64,000 nt of DNA from Saccostrea echinata (lineage: Eukaryota): the NCBI RefSeq assembly GCF_033153115.1, contig NW_026889805.1, forward strand, positions 15,190,001 through 15,254,000, read 5' to 3'. Below are positions 61,410 to 64,000 of this stretch, piece after piece; positions within the stretch are counted from its first letter, which is position 1; each line of letters begins with the position of its first letter. Position numbers and translations under genes: made by a program. The notes beneath the pieces were generated by a model. That model was given only the letters and a program-made list of their open reading frames with translations. It made no database searches and was not told where the DNA came from.

Positions 61410-63817
61410 AGGGTATTTAAAGATCTGAGAAATTAAATTAATTGATTGTTACAGGACTTTGTAAACTGTTATACATCGAAGAAAACATTTTAGATAATTA
61501 TGAAAAAATCCGTTTTCCTAAACTTGTCTGTAGAAATATTTTTCTGTTTAATCCCGCTTTAAAATACCTGCCCTTATTTTCTATGGCCAAGTACTAAACC
61601 AAGTGCATAGAAAAGCTAATATATTATATTTAATTTTGTAACCTTTACAATTCAAAAAGACGTAGAAATCAGCAGTCACTGGTTTGCACGTGATTTGAAT
61701 AGAGGAAAGAATTACACATCTAACTCATTTCTCCATGGTATAAGACATATGTAGATGTATCATTATATGTAGTCACAAATGTATTTTTCTTTCTTTCATT
61801 TTTACCATCTTTCATCAAAGCTGCAGAGAAAGAGACGTTCATCTTTATTTTTATAAATAAAAAAAATCACTCCAGTCATACATTTTTGGCAAATGTGCAT
61901 AATTGACTAGATGGATAAAAAATATACTTAGAAAAGGTTGGGTTTTTTTTCAAATAGGAATTGATGTTAAACGTTTTGAAATAGCGTGTAAAATTTGAAA
62001 GAGAAATTTGCTTTTTCATTTTTGTAAATGATGTATCTATTTTTGTTTGTTTTAGAAAGTTTAGAAAGGTAATTGAAAAATACTTTTCACAAGTAGCCTT
62101 CTTTTTGTCAATGACTTCCGTACTAATTTGTTGTATTTGTTTATCTGATATTTAGAATAATGCTAAGTACCTTCATGTCGACTAAGTTAAGAACAGGCTA
62201 TTTTTTTTACAACAATTTCTTCAACCAAAAATGGTCTAACACTTAAGGCAATATATTTCTGCACATTTAACATTAGTAGGTATGTAAATAATTCTTACTA
62301 AATCTGATTCGTTTACAAGAACGTTGATATGAATTCTGAAAATATAGCCAACTGTGATTTATTGATGGTTCCATGATTCTATATTGTCCTAGTTATGCAA
62401 GTCAGTAGAAAGAAACACCGAATTTAATTTTAAAAACATGTCCTCATTTATATACTTATAATATGTTTAAAAAAATCTTATTATGATTTATCCAATTTGA
62501 AAAATATGTTAGAAAAATAAAGATTTGTCATAGATATTGTTTACAGAGTTTATGTTCATTGTTTGTCATCTTCATCTTTTGCATGTATTGAGAAAATATT
62601 TGAATACATAATTTTTTGAAACGCTTGTGTATTATTATATAAAAATCATTATTCTAAGATATCTGGATTTCTAAGAAATTCCCATATTTAATGTCTATAT
62701 ATTATCGGTTTTGTGTGCTCAATCATTATACAGGAATAATAAAAATAAAAAAGGCCCAAGGGATATAAACACAAGAACCAGTTTAAACTGTACAATTACA
62801 ATATATAGAAATGTTCAAATAGTGATTTCTACGATTCACAGCCTTGTTTTAAGAATAAGAATATAACCATCAATAGTTTTATTTTCATTTTATTACACTA
62901 AAAAAGTAGATTTGAGGAAGTCCAACACGTAACTTGACTTCAGAAAAACTTATATCTGAATATCTTTTTAAAATTTTTGAAAGTAGGTTTTATTATTATC
63001 AGTTGATCAAGGTATAAACACATAGAAAATAATAAATTTAAATATGTTTGTACAACAAAGAACTCAACATCCTTAAACATTTTTAAAATGAGTTATTTCT
63101 GAACACAAGGTAGAGGTTCTTCATTATAATTAACGTGATAAAGACGTCAGGTGATCAGAGCGTTCTTTGATAGAACAAATATGAGTAATGATTATTTGTT
63201 AAACAAAAAATTGAAATAGTCAATCTCCCAACTGATTCGGTACGCTAAGGCATGTTCTAAGTAAGATCAATTTTAAATCTAATGAAGACAAGTAATCAAA
63301 TGAAACTAATTACATTAGTCGACGTTACATGTTTTCAACTGAGGCCTCACGAAGGGCAAACCTGATCAATACAAAGGGCTCACGGTGGGCGTGACCGGTC
63401 AACAATAAATGCTTACTTCTCGTAAGTACGTGATCCAACTATTGGTATTAACAGGGTCAGTGTTTTTTCCTTTCCTCGATTGTATTTTTTAAAGGATGCC
63501 ATAAAGGTGATCATTTATTATTCTAACTATTTTATTTCAAGATAAAATTGTTACGGTTTTCTTTTTCAATATGTAGTGATATTCATTACACTACCAATTA
63601 AGTAAAACATATTCACTGCAATTAAAGCATCAAAAGTATTCTTACAAAATGTCATGGTGCCATAATTAGTCATACATTTGCTTTTATCTTCACGTGCTTC
63701 AAAAATATGCTTGTGCAAATCGTAACCTCTCGGGTTGAAGTAGGACCACAAAAGGTGTCAAAGTTAAATATTAGAATATATAGGAAAACACCTTTACAAA
63801 TCTTCTTAAGAGAAGCA

Positions 63818-64000
63818 AGTCGCCCGCATGGCGCAATGGTTAGAGCGTCTGCTCCTCTAGAGTCGCGAAGTAAGGAGTTGATCCTTACGTCGCGGGTTCG
63901 AATCCCACTGTGAGACGTGGAGACCGGTCCTTCGGATGAGACCGTATAAACTGAGGCCCCGTGTCGCAGTAGGTGCTGGCACGAAAAAGACCCCTCACTG
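63818..64000 (+). mobile_element. tRNA-derived SINE, family 2 (runs off window)
   Basis: A box tggcgcaatggttagagcg, B box gggttcgaatccc, core cttcggatgagaccgtataaactgaggccccgtgtc. Confidence 0.85.

Noticed and set aside
63818-63910. Functional tRNA gene
   Set aside because: tRNA-like head continues into a SINE core and has diverged dispersed copies

Overview
AT-rich eukaryotic genomic DNA with three assembly gaps; the repeat content (Penelope-like RT debris, tRNA-headed SINEs, Helitron-type non-autonomous elements) suggests a bivalve/oyster-like mollusc (inference). Main content: a tandem, same-strand array of seven intact rhodopsin-class (class A) GPCR genes with intronless coding regions and an unusual HRY/NRY/QRY TM3 motif. 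They fall into three subfamilies and are accompanied by at least three pseudogene relics, one of them an inverted 5' fragment. The array shows birth-and-death evolution, patchy homogenisation and a chimeric junction. Absent from the ORF track is a spliced minus-strand gene at 1-7981 encoding tandem CUB domains, with phase-consistent GT-AG exons, apparently head-to-head with the first GPCR. Intergenic DNA contains nested TGT..ACA elements with 6-bp TSDs, several long palindromic elements centred on a C-GAA-G mini-hairpin, MITEs, a 25-bp minisatellite and two SINE families sharing a core domain.
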